A stretch of 64,000 nucleotides of DNA from IMG/VR virus record IMGVR_UViG_3300005611_000006; one strand, given 5' to 3'. Position 1 is the first letter of the stretch. Each line of letters starts with the position of its first letter. Shown piece by piece: positions 46,801 to 58,400 of the stretch. The notes beneath the pieces are model-generated. The model saw only the letters and a program-made list of their open reading frames with translations. It made no database searches and was not told where the DNA came from. Made by a program: the position numbers and the translations under genes. This DNA is from a virus. Taxonomy: Duplodnaviria; Caudoviricetes.

Positions 46801-48198
46801 GGAAGGCAAGGAAGACAAGGTAGACAAGGAATTCAAGGAAGGCAAGGAAGACAAGGAGTTAAAGGGGATAGTGGAAGCACTGCTACAAGAGCGGATGCTG
46901 CAAGATTTTTATCTCCGAAGACTTCAGATTATAATAATGTAACTCAGCAAGGAGCTTATATTGATTGGAATAGATCTGAAGCTGTTAGAGGATCTACTTG
47001 GTTTATTAATCAAAGAGGAAGCGCATCTGGAGGATGGTATTTTGCAAGTTCAAATACGTCTAATACTCTAGAAAATAATATTCTTAGATTAAGTAGAGCT
47101 GGTGATTTATATTTTGAGGGTATTTCTGGAACAACTTCAAATCAAAGTCGTGGAATTTTTTGGACTGCCTATGATAAAGAAGGAACTAGTGATAGAAGTG
47201 ATGAAGCTTCAATTCGCCATAGAACCAATATAGGAGGACTTGCTGGATCTGTACTGGAGATAAAATCTTTAAATGATTCTAATGATGGAATAAACTTTGA
47301 TGTTCCTAATAATGATAGTGTTAGGATAAGAGGAAATATTGTTTTAAATGCAGGAAACTTTACTAATTTTGTTGCTGGAACTGCAACAAGATTACAAGCT
47401 ACAGTTGCCGGAAATGATTATATTCGTATTCAAGGTGGCGGTTCAAATAATAGTGGATACTTGGAAATTGCAACCGCTGATGATGCAAGTGAACCAATTT
47501 ATGTACGTCAATATTCAGGAGTATTCTCAAACATTAGTAGAACACTTACTCTTCTTGATGGTAGTGGAAATACTGTTGTTCCTGGAAGACTGGGTGTTAA
47601 TAGATCACCATCATCTCCATATCATTTAGATGTCAGTGGACAGGGAAGATTTAGCAACTCTGTTCTTATACAGAATAATTTAACTACAACAGGACAGATC
47701 TATATTAATAATGGTTCTCCAACAATTTACTTAAGAGATAGTAATCATAGATCTTCAATGATTCATTGCAATAGCAATAGATTCTATATATTAAGAGGAT
47801 CTGGAAACAACTCAACTAGTTGGGTATCAACTAATAATCATTGGCCACTAGAAATTAACTTGGAAAATAATGATGCTGAATTTGGGGGAGCACTTACTGT
47901 TAATGGTAATATACTTTCTACTGGTACAGTTACAGCAATTTCTGATATTAAATTGAAAGATAATATTGTAACAATTGAAAATGCTCTTGAAAAAGTTATG
48001 AATCTTCGTGGTGTTAAATATAATAGGAAAGACTTAGATAATGTTACTGAGATTGGTGTGATTGCCCAAGAAGTTCAAAAAGTACTTCCTGAAGTTGTTT
48101 TTGAAGATGATGGAATTAAATCCGTAGCATATGGAAATATTATTGCAGTTTTAATTGAAGCAATAAAAGAATTAAAATTAAAATTAGACAATAAATAG
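43807..48198 (+). CDS. Collagen-like tail fibre with a C-terminal S74-like chaperone
   Basis: Long (G-X-Q)n; SDIKLKDNI..GVIAQEV..VAYGN. Confidence 0.88.
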   Translation: MARYLSKRVSRTPQSRLTSDRYQFLGLNQAEPNLGDPPGVEIPIGQQYMVVSLTNYPGERYWVPVPPGIVELGITVRDEGNIIGGLSGIGSITQLNFVGPGVTVTGVVTEGLGIATVTVEAVNSVADEPVDAFPRFIGFTSVRSGSAVTSFDIAPDTLVFIPNTQNLGIGSTQPQYAIDVGLSTVRIQGDIADKFGDIGTGLYLKALGPGLGVTWATAIGPQGLQGIQGIQGTQGLQGIQGITGEQGLQGIQGTQGIQGSQGIQGIQGIIGPQGFQGNQGIQGIQGDLGPQGTQGSQGPQGIQGIQGEQGIQGIQGIQGEQGIQGIQGIQGSQGTQGTQGIQGIAGEGNQGLQGIQGRQGIQGRQGTQGIQGIAGDQGNQGTQGRQGSQGSQGRQGIQGIAGEGNQGLQGTQGIQGRQGLQGIQGSGAQGFQGRQGRQGLQGRQGIQGEIGAGLQGIQGIQGVQGIQGVSGTGGTQGSQGIQGIQGEIGSQGIQGIQGIQGIQGRQGLQGGAGEGGTQGLQGIQGEQGTQGIQGTQGTQGIQGIQGELGEQGIQGIQGISGSGGTQGSQGTQGIQGRQGIQGETGLQGTQGIQGIQGRQGSQGIQGELGEQGVQGIQGGPGEGGIQGSQGIQGIQGIQGIQGRQGTQGIQGRQGTQGTQGTNGTSVTIVGTLALTPGNEQAELNAVSNPWYPPSAGDGVIDSNTGDLWVYDGSVWNNVGQIQGDDGAQGIQGIQGIQGIQGTQGIQGIQGGAGEGGTQGAQGRQGIQGIQGIQGRQGRQGIQGDQGDIGTQGAQGRQGRQGRQGIQGDQGDQGIQGFQGTSGSGGTQGAQGRQGIQGRQGIQGRQGRQGIQGDQGDIGTQGFQGNQGRQGRQGIQGIQGRQGRQGRQGISGTGGSQGIQGIQGIQGRQGFQGRQGRQGLTGTGDQGTQGIQGIQGRQGRQGISGTGNQGAQGTKGDRGNQGRQGIQGISGEGNQGLQGIQGRQGRQGRQGISGSIGLQGRQGRQGRQGIQGRQGRQGVKGDSGSTATRADAARFLSPKTSDYNNVTQQGAYIDWNRSEAVRGSTWFINQRGSASGGWYFASSNTSNTLENNILRLSRAGDLYFEGISGTTSNQSRGIFWTAYDKEGTSDRSDEASIRHRTNIGGLAGSVLEIKSLNDSNDGINFDVPNNDSVRIRGNIVLNAGNFTNFVAGTATRLQATVAGNDYIRIQGGGSNNSGYLEIATADDASEPIYVRQYSGVFSNISRTLTLLDGSGNTVVPGRLGVNRSPSSPYHLDVSGQGRFSNSVLIQNNLTTTGQIYINNGSPTIYLRDSNHRSSMIHCNSNRFYILRGSGNNSTSWVSTNNHWPLEINLENNDAEFGGALTVNGNILSTGTVTAISDIKLKDNIVTIENALEKVMNLRGVKYNRKDLDNVTEIGVIAQEVQKVLPEVVFEDDGIKSVAYGNIIAVLIEAIKELKLKLDNK
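44464..46875 (+). repeat. 9-bp collagen repeat (GGAATTCAA variants), interrupted at about 45787-45966
   Basis: Directly visible tandem repeats. Confidence 0.9.
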
Positions 48199-48209
48199 GA
48201 GAAAATTCT

Positions 48210-48707
48210 ATGGCAATTTTACAAACAGATTTTAATAATATAGCAGTTACTAATAATAGTGGAAAAATTTTATTAAGGACTTCTGGGTCTGTTCTAGACT
48301 ATGTTCAGAATGGTACCACTCGTGCCGAGATTAACGTAAGTGTAGGCAATGGACGTGAAATTTCGAGAATAAGACCATCTATAACTCCAAAATCAAATGC
48401 TTCCAGAATTTTAGTAACGTTTAATATAAATTGGAGTACTGACCAAAATGGTTTTTATTACTTTTCATTAAGGAGATACATTAATGGGGCTTTAAATTAT
48501 ACGACAGGTAGATTAATAACTTTTAATATAGGTGGTATTGATCCTTCACAGCTTTATAATCCAATGAATTATACTTATATTGATCATCCAAACACAACTG
48601 CAACTGTTCAATATAGAGTACTGGTTACTGCTAGTGGGCCTCTGGAGATGGATATAAATAGAGTTGGAAATCCTTATAGTTCAATGCAATTGTTGGAGTT
48701 AGCATAA
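48210..48707 (+). CDS. Fibre-tip-like beta-sandwich protein
   Basis: ITPKS..SRILV, YIDHP.TT..VQY; AGGAG RBS. Confidence 0.65.
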   Translation: MAILQTDFNNIAVTNNSGKILLRTSGSVLDYVQNGTTRAEINVSVGNGREISRIRPSITPKSNASRILVTFNINWSTDQNGFYYFSLRRYINGALNYTTGRLITFNIGGIDPSQLYNPMNYTYIDHPNTTATVQYRVLVTASGPLEMDINRVGNPYSSMQLLELA

Positions 48708-49031
48708 ATGGAATCAAATTACTTTTTAATTGAAGCAATAAAAAAATTATACTCAGGAACTTTTAGTGTTACTGAAACTGGAATTTATGAAGAAATTGAG
48801 TGGTTATCTGAAGATATTGAAAAACCAACTCTTGAAGAAATTCAAGCAGAAGTGCAAAGACTTGAAGAAGAATGGGAAAAAACAGAATATCAAAGATTTC
48901 GATCTAAAGAATACCCTCCACTAGAAGATTTTGTAGATGCTTATTATTGGGTACAAAAAGGAGAAAGTACTCTAATGGATGAATATATTTCTAGGTGTGA
49001 TGAGGTAAAAGAAAAATATCCAAAATCTTAA
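48708..49031 (+). CDS. Tail fibre assembly-like small protein (XkdW-like)
   Basis: KPT.EEI, YQR.R..EYP, VKEKYPK. Confidence 0.6.
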   Translation: MESNYFLIEAIKKLYSGTFSVTETGIYEEIEWLSEDIEKPTLEEIQAEVQRLEEEWEKTEYQRFRSKEYPPLEDFVDAYYWVQKGESTLMDEYISRCDEVKEKYPKS

Positions 49032-49067
49032 ATAATAGATAAATAACTCTAGAATTAATTTAAAGTA

Positions 49068-49412
49068 ATGTCAGTAGCAGTAGTCAATTTAGTTATTGAG
49101 CAAGGTGCTGACTTTTCATTATCTTTAACATTGAAGGCAAATGGAGAACCTATAGATTTATCTGGATATACATATTCAGCTAAAATGAAAAAGCACTACG
49201 GTGCAAATACTTCATACCCATTTACAGTCACTCCAGGAACTCCTCTTACAAATGGAGTAGTAAGTATTGGAATGTCAGAATCTTTAACCGCAACAATTCC
49301 TCCCGGAAGATATGTTTATGATGTTTTAATTACTGATGCTGGAATTGGTTCATCTGCTATTACATCAAAATACTTTAAAGGTACAGTTATAGTGGAGGGA
49401 AGTGCGTCTTAA
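49068..49412 (+). CDS. Fibre attachment/adaptor protein (BppU-like)
   Basis: NLVIEQGADF, DLSGYT, GRYVYDV; GATAAATA at 49038. Confidence 0.65.
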   Translation: MSVAVVNLVIEQGADFSLSLTLKANGEPIDLSGYTYSAKMKKHYGANTSYPFTVTPGTPLTNGVVSIGMSESLTATIPPGRYVYDVLITDAGIGSSAITSKYFKGTVIVEGSAS

Positions 49413-52400
49413 TGGAAATTGAAGTAAATAAAAACCAATCACCAATAAGTGTTGAAGTTTCAAATGGGTCTCAGATAAAATTTGAAACTAGTTCTTCTCC
49501 ACAAGTAGTTTCAGAATTAAATGGTTCTGAGAATAATTTAGAAATTAGAGCACAATTACCTTCTGGAGTTCAGGGACTACAAGGAATTCAGGGTAATTTT
49601 GGAGTACAAGGAACTCAAGGAAATCAAGGAACTCAAGGAATCACTGGTTCTCAAGGAACTCAAGGTATTCAAGGAATTCAAGGAGAACAAGGAATTCAGG
49701 GTACTTACGGTCCTAGGGGTATACAAGGAACTCAAGGAACTCAAGGAATTCAGGGTGAGTTAGGAACTCAAGGTACTCAAGGATTTCAAGGTATACGAGG
49801 AACTGATGCAAATGTTCAAGGAATTCAGGGAAATATAGGACTACAAGGAGATGTAGGAACTCAGGGAACTACAGGAACTCAAGGAACTACAGGAGAACAA
49901 GGAATTACTGGTTCTCAAGGAACTCAAGGTATACAAGGAATCACTGGTTCTCAAGGAACTACAGGAGAACAAGGAATTCAAGGAATCACTGGTTCTCAAG
50001 GAACTACAGGATTACAAGGAGATGTAGGAACTCAAGGAATTACTGGTTTTCAAGGAACTACAGGAGAACAAGGTATTCAAGGTAGATCTGGATTACAGGG
50101 TAATCGAGGATCTTTTGGATATCAAGGTCTTCAGGGAAATTTAGGAATTCAAGGAATTCAAGGAATTCAAGGAACTACAGGATCTCAAGGTATTCAAGGA
50201 CAACAAGGAATTCAAGGACAACAAGGAATTAGTGGATTTCAGGGAACTCAAGGAATTACTGGTTCTCAAGGAATTACTGGATCTCAGGGAATCCAAGGTG
50301 AATTAGGACTTCAGGGAATACAAGGAAATCAAGGAATTCAAGGAATAACTGGAGAACAAGGAATTCAAGGAATTCAAGGAATAACTGGAGAACAAGGAAT
50401 TCAAGGAACTACTGGATCTCAGGGGATCCAAGGAACTCAAGGAATAACTGGAGAACAAGGAATAACTGGATCTCAAGGAATCACTGGTTCTCAAGGAACT
50501 CAAGGAATAACTGGTTTTCAAGGAACTCAAGGATATCAAGGAATTCAAGGGGAAATTGGAGTCCAAGGTAATACAGGACAAATTGGGGATATAGGTTTTC
50601 AAGGAACTACTGGTTTTCAGGGAACTCAAGGAATAACTGGAGAACAAGGAATTCAGGGAATTCAAGGATCTTTTGGAAATCAAGGAATTCAAGGAACCAT
50701 AGGAGATGTAGGAACTCAAGGAGTCGCAGGAGTTCAAGGATCTTTTGGAAATCAAGGAATCCAAGGAATTCAAGGTCAAATTGGATCTGGATTGCAAGGT
50801 CTTACTGGAGAACAAGGAATCCAAGGAATTCAAGGAATTCAAGGACAACAAGGAATTCAAGGACAACAAGGAATTAGTGGGTTTCAGGGAATTCAAGGAC
50901 TTATAGGTTCTCAGGGTAATGATGGTAATTTTGGTGGAGCTACTTTTGATTATACATTTAGTTCAAACACATTAAACTCTGATCCTGGAGCAGGAAAATT
51001 AAAGTTTAGTGAATTTCCATTTTCGGGTTCCCTTAATTTGTATATTGATGATACTGATGATAATGGTACTAATATTGAACCATTTTTGAGAACAATTGAT
51101 GATTCAACATCAACAATTAAAGGTCATTTTAGAGTTTCAAATCGTTTAGATTCTTCTGATTTTGCTTTATTTACTATTTCTAATGTTTCAGAACTTAATG
51201 GATACTTTAATGTAAGTTCATCATATGTTTCTGGTAGTTCGCAATCTTTTACTGATGGTGAAGATGTAATTATCACTTTTGCTAGAACTGGAGATAAAGG
51301 AGATCAAGGATTTCAAGGAATTCAAGGAACTCAAGGAATAATTGGAGAACAAGGAATTCAGGGAATTCAAGGAATTCAAGGTGAACAAGGGATTCAAGGA
51401 ATTCAAGGGATTCAAGGAACTCAAGGAACTCAAGGAATAACTGGAGAACAAGGAATTCAAGGTGAACAAGGAATTCAAGGAACTCAAGGAATAACTGGAG
51501 AACAAGGAATTCAAGGAATTCAAGGAATTCAAGGTGAACAAGGAATTCAAGGAATTCAAGGAACTCAAGGAATAACTGGAGAACAAGGAATTCAAGGAAT
51601 TCAAGGATTAACTGGAGAACAAGGAATTCAAGGAATTCAAGGTGAACAAGGGATTCAAGGGATTCAAGGAATTCAAGGAATAACTGGAGAACAAGGAATT
51701 CAAGGAATTCAAGGTGAACAAGGAATTCAAGGAAGACAAGGTAGACAAGGAATCACTGGTTCTCAAGGAATTCAAGGAAGACAAGGTAGACAAGGAATCA
51801 CTGGTTCTCAAGGAACTCAAGGAAGACAGGGTACTCAAGGTCCTGGTGGACTTACAACACTTAATGCAAATACTCTTGACAATTTAGATAGTACGCAATT
51901 TCTAAGGTCTGATTCTAATGACATATACACCGGAACATTAACCGGAGCTGGAAATATCAGTTTTAGTGGAGGATATATTGAAATTGGCGACGGAAGTGGT
52001 TCTGTTGCAATGACAATTAACGATGGTTATGGTAATGCAAACCTTTGCTTTAACCACGCCTATGGAGTTCCTGATGTAACTGGTAACGCCCTTAGAATCG
52101 AGACCAACGTTGACTCCACAACAGGCGCTGCATTCTTCTTTGAGGGTAAGTCTAACGTTGCCGCAAACACCGCAACAAGTCTTAACAATCTGTTCACGAT
52201 GGACGAGGGAGGTGCAACCTGTCTTGGCAATGTTGTCTGGCACGCTGGTAACGACGGTGCTGGTTCTGGTCTTGATGCTGATTTACTTGATGGCATTAGT
52301 AGTGCAAGTTTCTTAAGGTCTAATGCTGATGATACTTTTACCGGAAATTTAGCAAATAATGGAAATAATTATATTACTTTTGGACCTAACTCTACTTGGA

Positions 52401-55400
52401 GTAGATACTTAAGAGTCGGTGGAAATGGATATCAGGGAAGTAGTACTGTTGCAAATATTGCTACCACAAATGGCAATTTACATTTAGATGCAGCAAGTGG
52501 GGGTTTTAGTACTTTACTTAACTATTATGCAGGCACAGCGGGTGTTGGTTTTGGAAACGGTTCTACTACATTTGTTGCTTGGATGGGTCCAGATGGTGAC
52601 TTGTGGAAAGGTAGTGCGGATAATAGTGGTTCTAAGTATTGGCACGCAGGTAACGATGGTTCTAGTTCTGGTCTTGATGCTGACCTGCTTGATGGCATCC
52701 AAGGTGCAAATTACGTTAGGAACAACTCCACTGCAACTATCAGTGCTCGTCATAGGTTCAATCATAATGAGATCAATAATAGCGACACCATCGCAACTGC
52801 AACCGGTAGCCTTGGCGCTTTTGAAGTTTTTAACAGCGGTGCTGGTAACGATGCCTTCATCTCCTTCCATGCTGGTGGTGACCATGCCTTCTATTTTGGT
52901 TTGGACGCTGATACCAACGACCTTGCAATAGGTGGTTGGTCAAAAGGTGCAAATAAGTACAGGATCTGGCACGCCGGTAACGACGGTGCTGGTTCTGGTC
53001 TTGATGCTGATTTACTTGATGGCATTAGTAGTGCAAGTTTCTTAAGGTCTGATGCTAACGACTATAAGACAGGCGGTTTCTTGCGTTTCAATGATAACCT
53101 AAACCTGCAGATGGGATCAGACAATGACATTTCCTTCTTCTATAACGGAAGTGATTTCTACATGGACTTCCAGACAGCGGGTGATAGCTGGTATATTCGA
53201 GACAGTGGCGATAATGCAGTTTTTGGATTCTCGGACTCAGGTAACCTTAGTCTTTATAAGGGTGATCTCAATGTAGGAGACGGTGGCGATAATTCTAGAA
53301 TACTCATCAAGAAGGCAGATAATAACGTTTCCGATCACATTCAGTTCTATAACGGAACTACAAGAATGGGCGAGATTGGATGTGAAGATACTACTTGGTT
53401 AAGAATCAACCAAGAGACTGCTAAAAATATCTTCACTCCACGTATGATTCGTGCTGATGGTGGTTTCACAGTTGGTAGCGGCACTGTCTGGCACTCTGGT
53501 AATGATGGTGCTGGTTCTGGACTTGATGCTGACTTACTTGATGGTATTAGTAGTGCAAGTTTCTTAAGGTCTAATGCTAATGATAGCATTACTGCTATAA
53601 TTACGGGTCATGCAAGCGATACAGAAGTTTTTAGATTACGAAGTTCTACTTACTCTACAAAATATGTTTACTATGGTGGTTGGAGTACAGCTAACAGCAA
53701 TGACATTTCAAGAATTAGATCCAGCGGTAACCTTCATATAGATTCTCCAGCAAACGGACATCTTTACTTGAATTGGTATGCCTCTAACAGAACTATTCAT
53801 CTCGGAAATACTGGGCAAGTAGTTAGAGCTGCTGGTTCAAATATTGTCTGGCACGCAGGTAACGATGGTGCTGGTTCTGGTCTTGATGCTGACCTGCTTG
53901 ATGGTTTACAAGCAAGTAGTTTCTTGAGGTCTAACGCTGCTTCAGAAATCACCGCTCCACTGACAATCGACTCAGACAATAATGTTAATGGTGCACTTAG
54001 GATTGAAAATAACGTAACCGATACGAATAACGACTTTTATTTTGCTCAAGAAATTTCACAGACATTATCAGGATCTCAAGTTGCAACTGCTGATCGTTCG
54101 CAGGGTGGAATCTATATGGATATCAACTCTACCAATACTGGTGGAGATACTTCCAATGATCACCGTGCATATGGAATCTACATTGATTTAGATAGCACAG
54201 GTGATGCTAATGCTGTTTATGGAATTCATGTCAATAATACTGCTACTCCAACTACAGGAACTACAAGTAATGTTTGGGCTGGTTACTTCTTTGCTGAGGA
54301 TAATGGGGGTGCTGGAGCAGTAACTAATGTTTATGGAGTACAAGCATTTGCATATTCAGATAATAGTAATTCTGATACTAATACTCAGTATGGAGGATAT
54401 TTTAAGTCATATTGTGACACAGACTCAGCAGCAGTTGGTGCTGCTTATGGAGTCTATTCTGAAATAGAAATAAATGGAACAACAGATCTCTATGGATCTT
54501 GTTATGCATTACGAGCAGAGATTGATAATAACACTAATGTCGCACAGACAAATACATCTTACTTACTTTATGGTAACTATTCGGGAACTTTACCTACAAC
54601 AGCTTATGGTGTTTACATAAACAATAATGTTCCAAGTTATTTTGGTGGTGGAATAGAAATTCCTGATGGACCAGGAACGATTGCAGGTGCAACTTTTGCA
54701 AATGGTTGGTTAAGAATTGGTACATCAACAACTGGTTGGGCATTTGATAGCAACGAACTAATCACATTTGGTTCTTGCATTGTTGGTAGTGCATCTGGAA
54801 GTTCATTAACTTTCAACGCCAGACCTGCTTTTAATGGTGGTACATCTGGTAGCAGTTCTCCATTTACTGTAGATAGTACTCAAGTAGTTACTAACCTAAA
54901 TGCTGATTTACTTGATGGCGAACAACTCAGTGATAGCGCAACTGCAAACACAGTTGTTAGTAGAAATGGATCTGCTGATATTACCTGTCGTCTTTTAAGA
55001 CCAAATTATGGAAACCAGTCAACTATTTCTGGAGCTATAGCCTACAGAGTCAATGATGGAAATGACAACTATGTTCGTTTCTGTAACGATACAGCAGCAA
55101 TAAGAACATTCCTAGGAGTAACTGCAACAGGATCTGATGGTAATTACTTAAGGTCTAATGCTAATGATGAGTATGATAATGGGCAACTAACTATTAGGTC
55201 AAATAGTGCAAATGGACACTACTGGGGAGTTGGTCTCGAATACTATAGTAGCGCCTGGAGACATACAAATGATAATAGTTGGGGTTTTGTCTTTAGAAAT
55301 AGTGGAGGCATTCTGGATATATACAGTGCTACGGCAGCTGGTACTGCAGGAGCTACTGCAACTTATAAAGCGTTCAGAATTGGGGGTTCCAGTTTACTAC

Positions 55401-58400
55401 TTCAATATGACGGAAATAATGTTTTCCATGACAGTTATCATCCAAACGCAGATAAGCTAACAACTGCTAGGACTATTAGTTTGTCTGGAGATGCAACAGG
55501 ATCTATTTCATTTGATGGCAGTGCAAATAAAACTATTTCTGTTGCTGTAGTCAATGATTCACATACTCATGATGGAAGATATTTCACAGAAACAGAATCA
55601 GATGCTAGATATCTTCATGACTATTTTGAAGCTGCTATTAATAGTCAAAGTGCAGAATCTGGAACTTGGACTAAAAGTTCTAGCTCCAGTAACTGGGGTC
55701 AACCAAAATTTAGCAATACGCATAACCAAAGAAGATATGCTGATGCAGGCGCGTACGTTCAATACAACGTACCATCAGGATATAAGTCCGCCTGGATAAG
55801 TCACCTTACATGGAACACTGGAGGATATGCTGATTGTTATGGAGTTCAAGCTGATGGCGACTTGATTTTCCTAAGAAGAATTAACACAAGACAACTGGTT
55901 GAAAACACTAATCACGGTGATCCAGATTTTCACGATGGATCTACTATTACGCATATTGGTAGTGGATTGGACCATTTTACTGCGATTAGAATTCAAAATC
56001 GAGTCGGAAGGATACACTTAACCGGTCTTGCATGGTCAAAAAATGATAACGCTGGTTATGAAGGAACTGGTATGGTTCACCCAGCGCAAATATCTCATCA
56101 AGGTGCTGGGTCTGGTCTTGATGCTGATACTCTTGATGGAGCACAACCTAGTGTAAATGCATCAAACAGCACTATTGTACAGAGACATTCATCTGGATAC
56201 ATCTACGCAAACTACTTTAACACTACCCCAAACGATGTTTCTAGTGGAGTAACAAGAATTTGCTGTGAAACAGGGAATGATGGATTTATCCGTCACGCAA
56301 CTGCTGATGCAGTTAGAGCATTTATTGATGATGGTAGGTATTTAAGATCTAATGCTAATGATACTTTTAGTGGAATTTTAACCGCAAGTGGAGCAGGAAG
56401 AATTACCTTTACAAATAATGTCGCTAATTATGATACAGCAGCTGAAATCCCAACATCAGATAATCATATTACTCCAGGCAAAGATAATGGAACAAATAAT
56501 ACTATTCCAGCAAATTTAAATCTTTGGTCTTGGTATGGAATTGGTTTTGGTCCTACAATCACCTCGCAAACAGTACCTAATGGTCAACTATCTCATTTAT
56601 TTAATGTAAGAAATGGTGATGCTACATTCCGAGGACTTCTAAGTATCTTGGGTGGAAAGATTGGAGTTAAAGCAACTCCTAGCGGTACTCCTGCTGCTAG
56701 AAATGCATTTATTGCATTAGGAGATGCCGATACAGGTATTGCACAAAATGGCGACGGTCAGCTTGAGTTGTGGGCAAATAATCAAGAATGCATAAACGTC
56801 ACAAGTGGAGGCATTACATCATATAAGAGCTGGTTTTTTGACAACAACAACCAAACTGGACAAAACAATGATTATGAAGCAGTAAGAGTTGATGCTGATT
56901 ATAGTGGAACAGCTGCGTTTACTACTAATAGAACCTTAACTGGCTTGCGAGTTACTCTAGATAGCTCAAAGTCAAACACAACAACTACTAATGGCAACAG
57001 AAAATATTTAAAAGGATTCAGGGTAGATTCAACTGCTACTCAGTTTTGCTATGACAATACTGGTATTTATTCATTAGCAAAATCAACAGGAAACGGGAGT
57101 GGAGTCGGTACTCAATCTATTTTCGGTGTATATGGTTATGCCCAGGCTTATGCGGCTGGTGGTGCCGTTAATGCCTATGGTGGCCATTTCTTAGCTTACA
57201 GAGGCGGCGGTACATCCGGCGGCACACTTTATGCAGTTTATGGTAGAGCACTGCAGACAGATAATGGATCTGGTAAATCTGGTAATGCAGTTGGCGGATA
57301 TTTTGAAGTCGAATGTGATGAAGAAACTATTGCAGATGCAAAGGCAGTTCAGGCACATATTGATCATGATGGAGGAACTATAACAACTGGACATTTATTC
57401 TACGGATCATATGCTGGCACTATAGGAACAAAATATGGATTGTACTTAACAGGTGAAGGGCAAAACTATCTATCTGGAAATTTAGGAGTTTTTTCAGAAA
57501 CAAATCGTACAGGTATGCGATTAGATGTCAATGGTTATGCAATTGCTAATCGATGGTATTGCAATAGTACAACCAGATTCATATCATCTGTATCTGGTGA
57601 TTATGGAACAGTTCAGTGTGGAGGATCTGGAGCAGGAAATTGGGAAGGATACAGCATTGATGGTCGTGCTGTTTTTATGCACGACGGTGGTAGTGCAATG
57701 GGATTGTATGACGATGTAAATAACCACTGGGCGATCCACCATACTTTCAATGGAGCCACAAAAATATATTACGACGGTTCGGAAAAATTTAGGTCAGCTT
57801 CAACTGGAGTTTATTTCAATTCTCAAACAAGAACTCGATTCGATATGTTGGCGGGAATTGATGATGGTGGAGTATATGGTGCCAACAACCAAAAATTTGA
57901 GGCTAGACATGGTACTGCTAATGGATCAACAACAGAAGGTGGACATACATTTATTAGAGGCAATAGAACAGCAGATTCGACAGCATGTTTAGAAATTCAA
58001 GTTGCCGGTGACAACAAAATCAGATTACGAGCAGATGGTAACGGAAGATTTGATGGCGGTGCAGATACTGGTAATGCTGACTATGCGGAGTACTTTGAAT
58101 GGGAAGACGGTAATCCAGATAACGAAGATAGACGAGGAATCCCTGTTGTCTTAGTTGAAGATAAAATCAGGATGGCATTGCCCGATGATGATGTCAATGA
58201 CATTATTGGTGTAATATCTGCTGCACCTGGAATTGTTGGTGATTCGGCAGAGCTTGGTTGGCAAGGACGTAATTTAAAAGATGAATATGGTGCCAAAGTA
58301 GTAAATCGTAAGCAATATTTAATCTGGAACGATGAAGAAACCGACCCTCAACCTGGCAACAATACAGATGCCGGGAATGCAGATCAAAAGCGTGAAATAA

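Noticed and set aside
44437-51838. Many alternative-frame and antisense ORFs (LEFLEF, LNSLNS, KEFKEF)
   Set aside because: By-products of the stop-free 9-bp collagen repeat
44464-51849. Very high density of GAATTC sites
   Set aside because: Direct consequence of GGA-ATT-CAA (Gly-Ile-Gln) codons; no evidence of a separate DNA-level function
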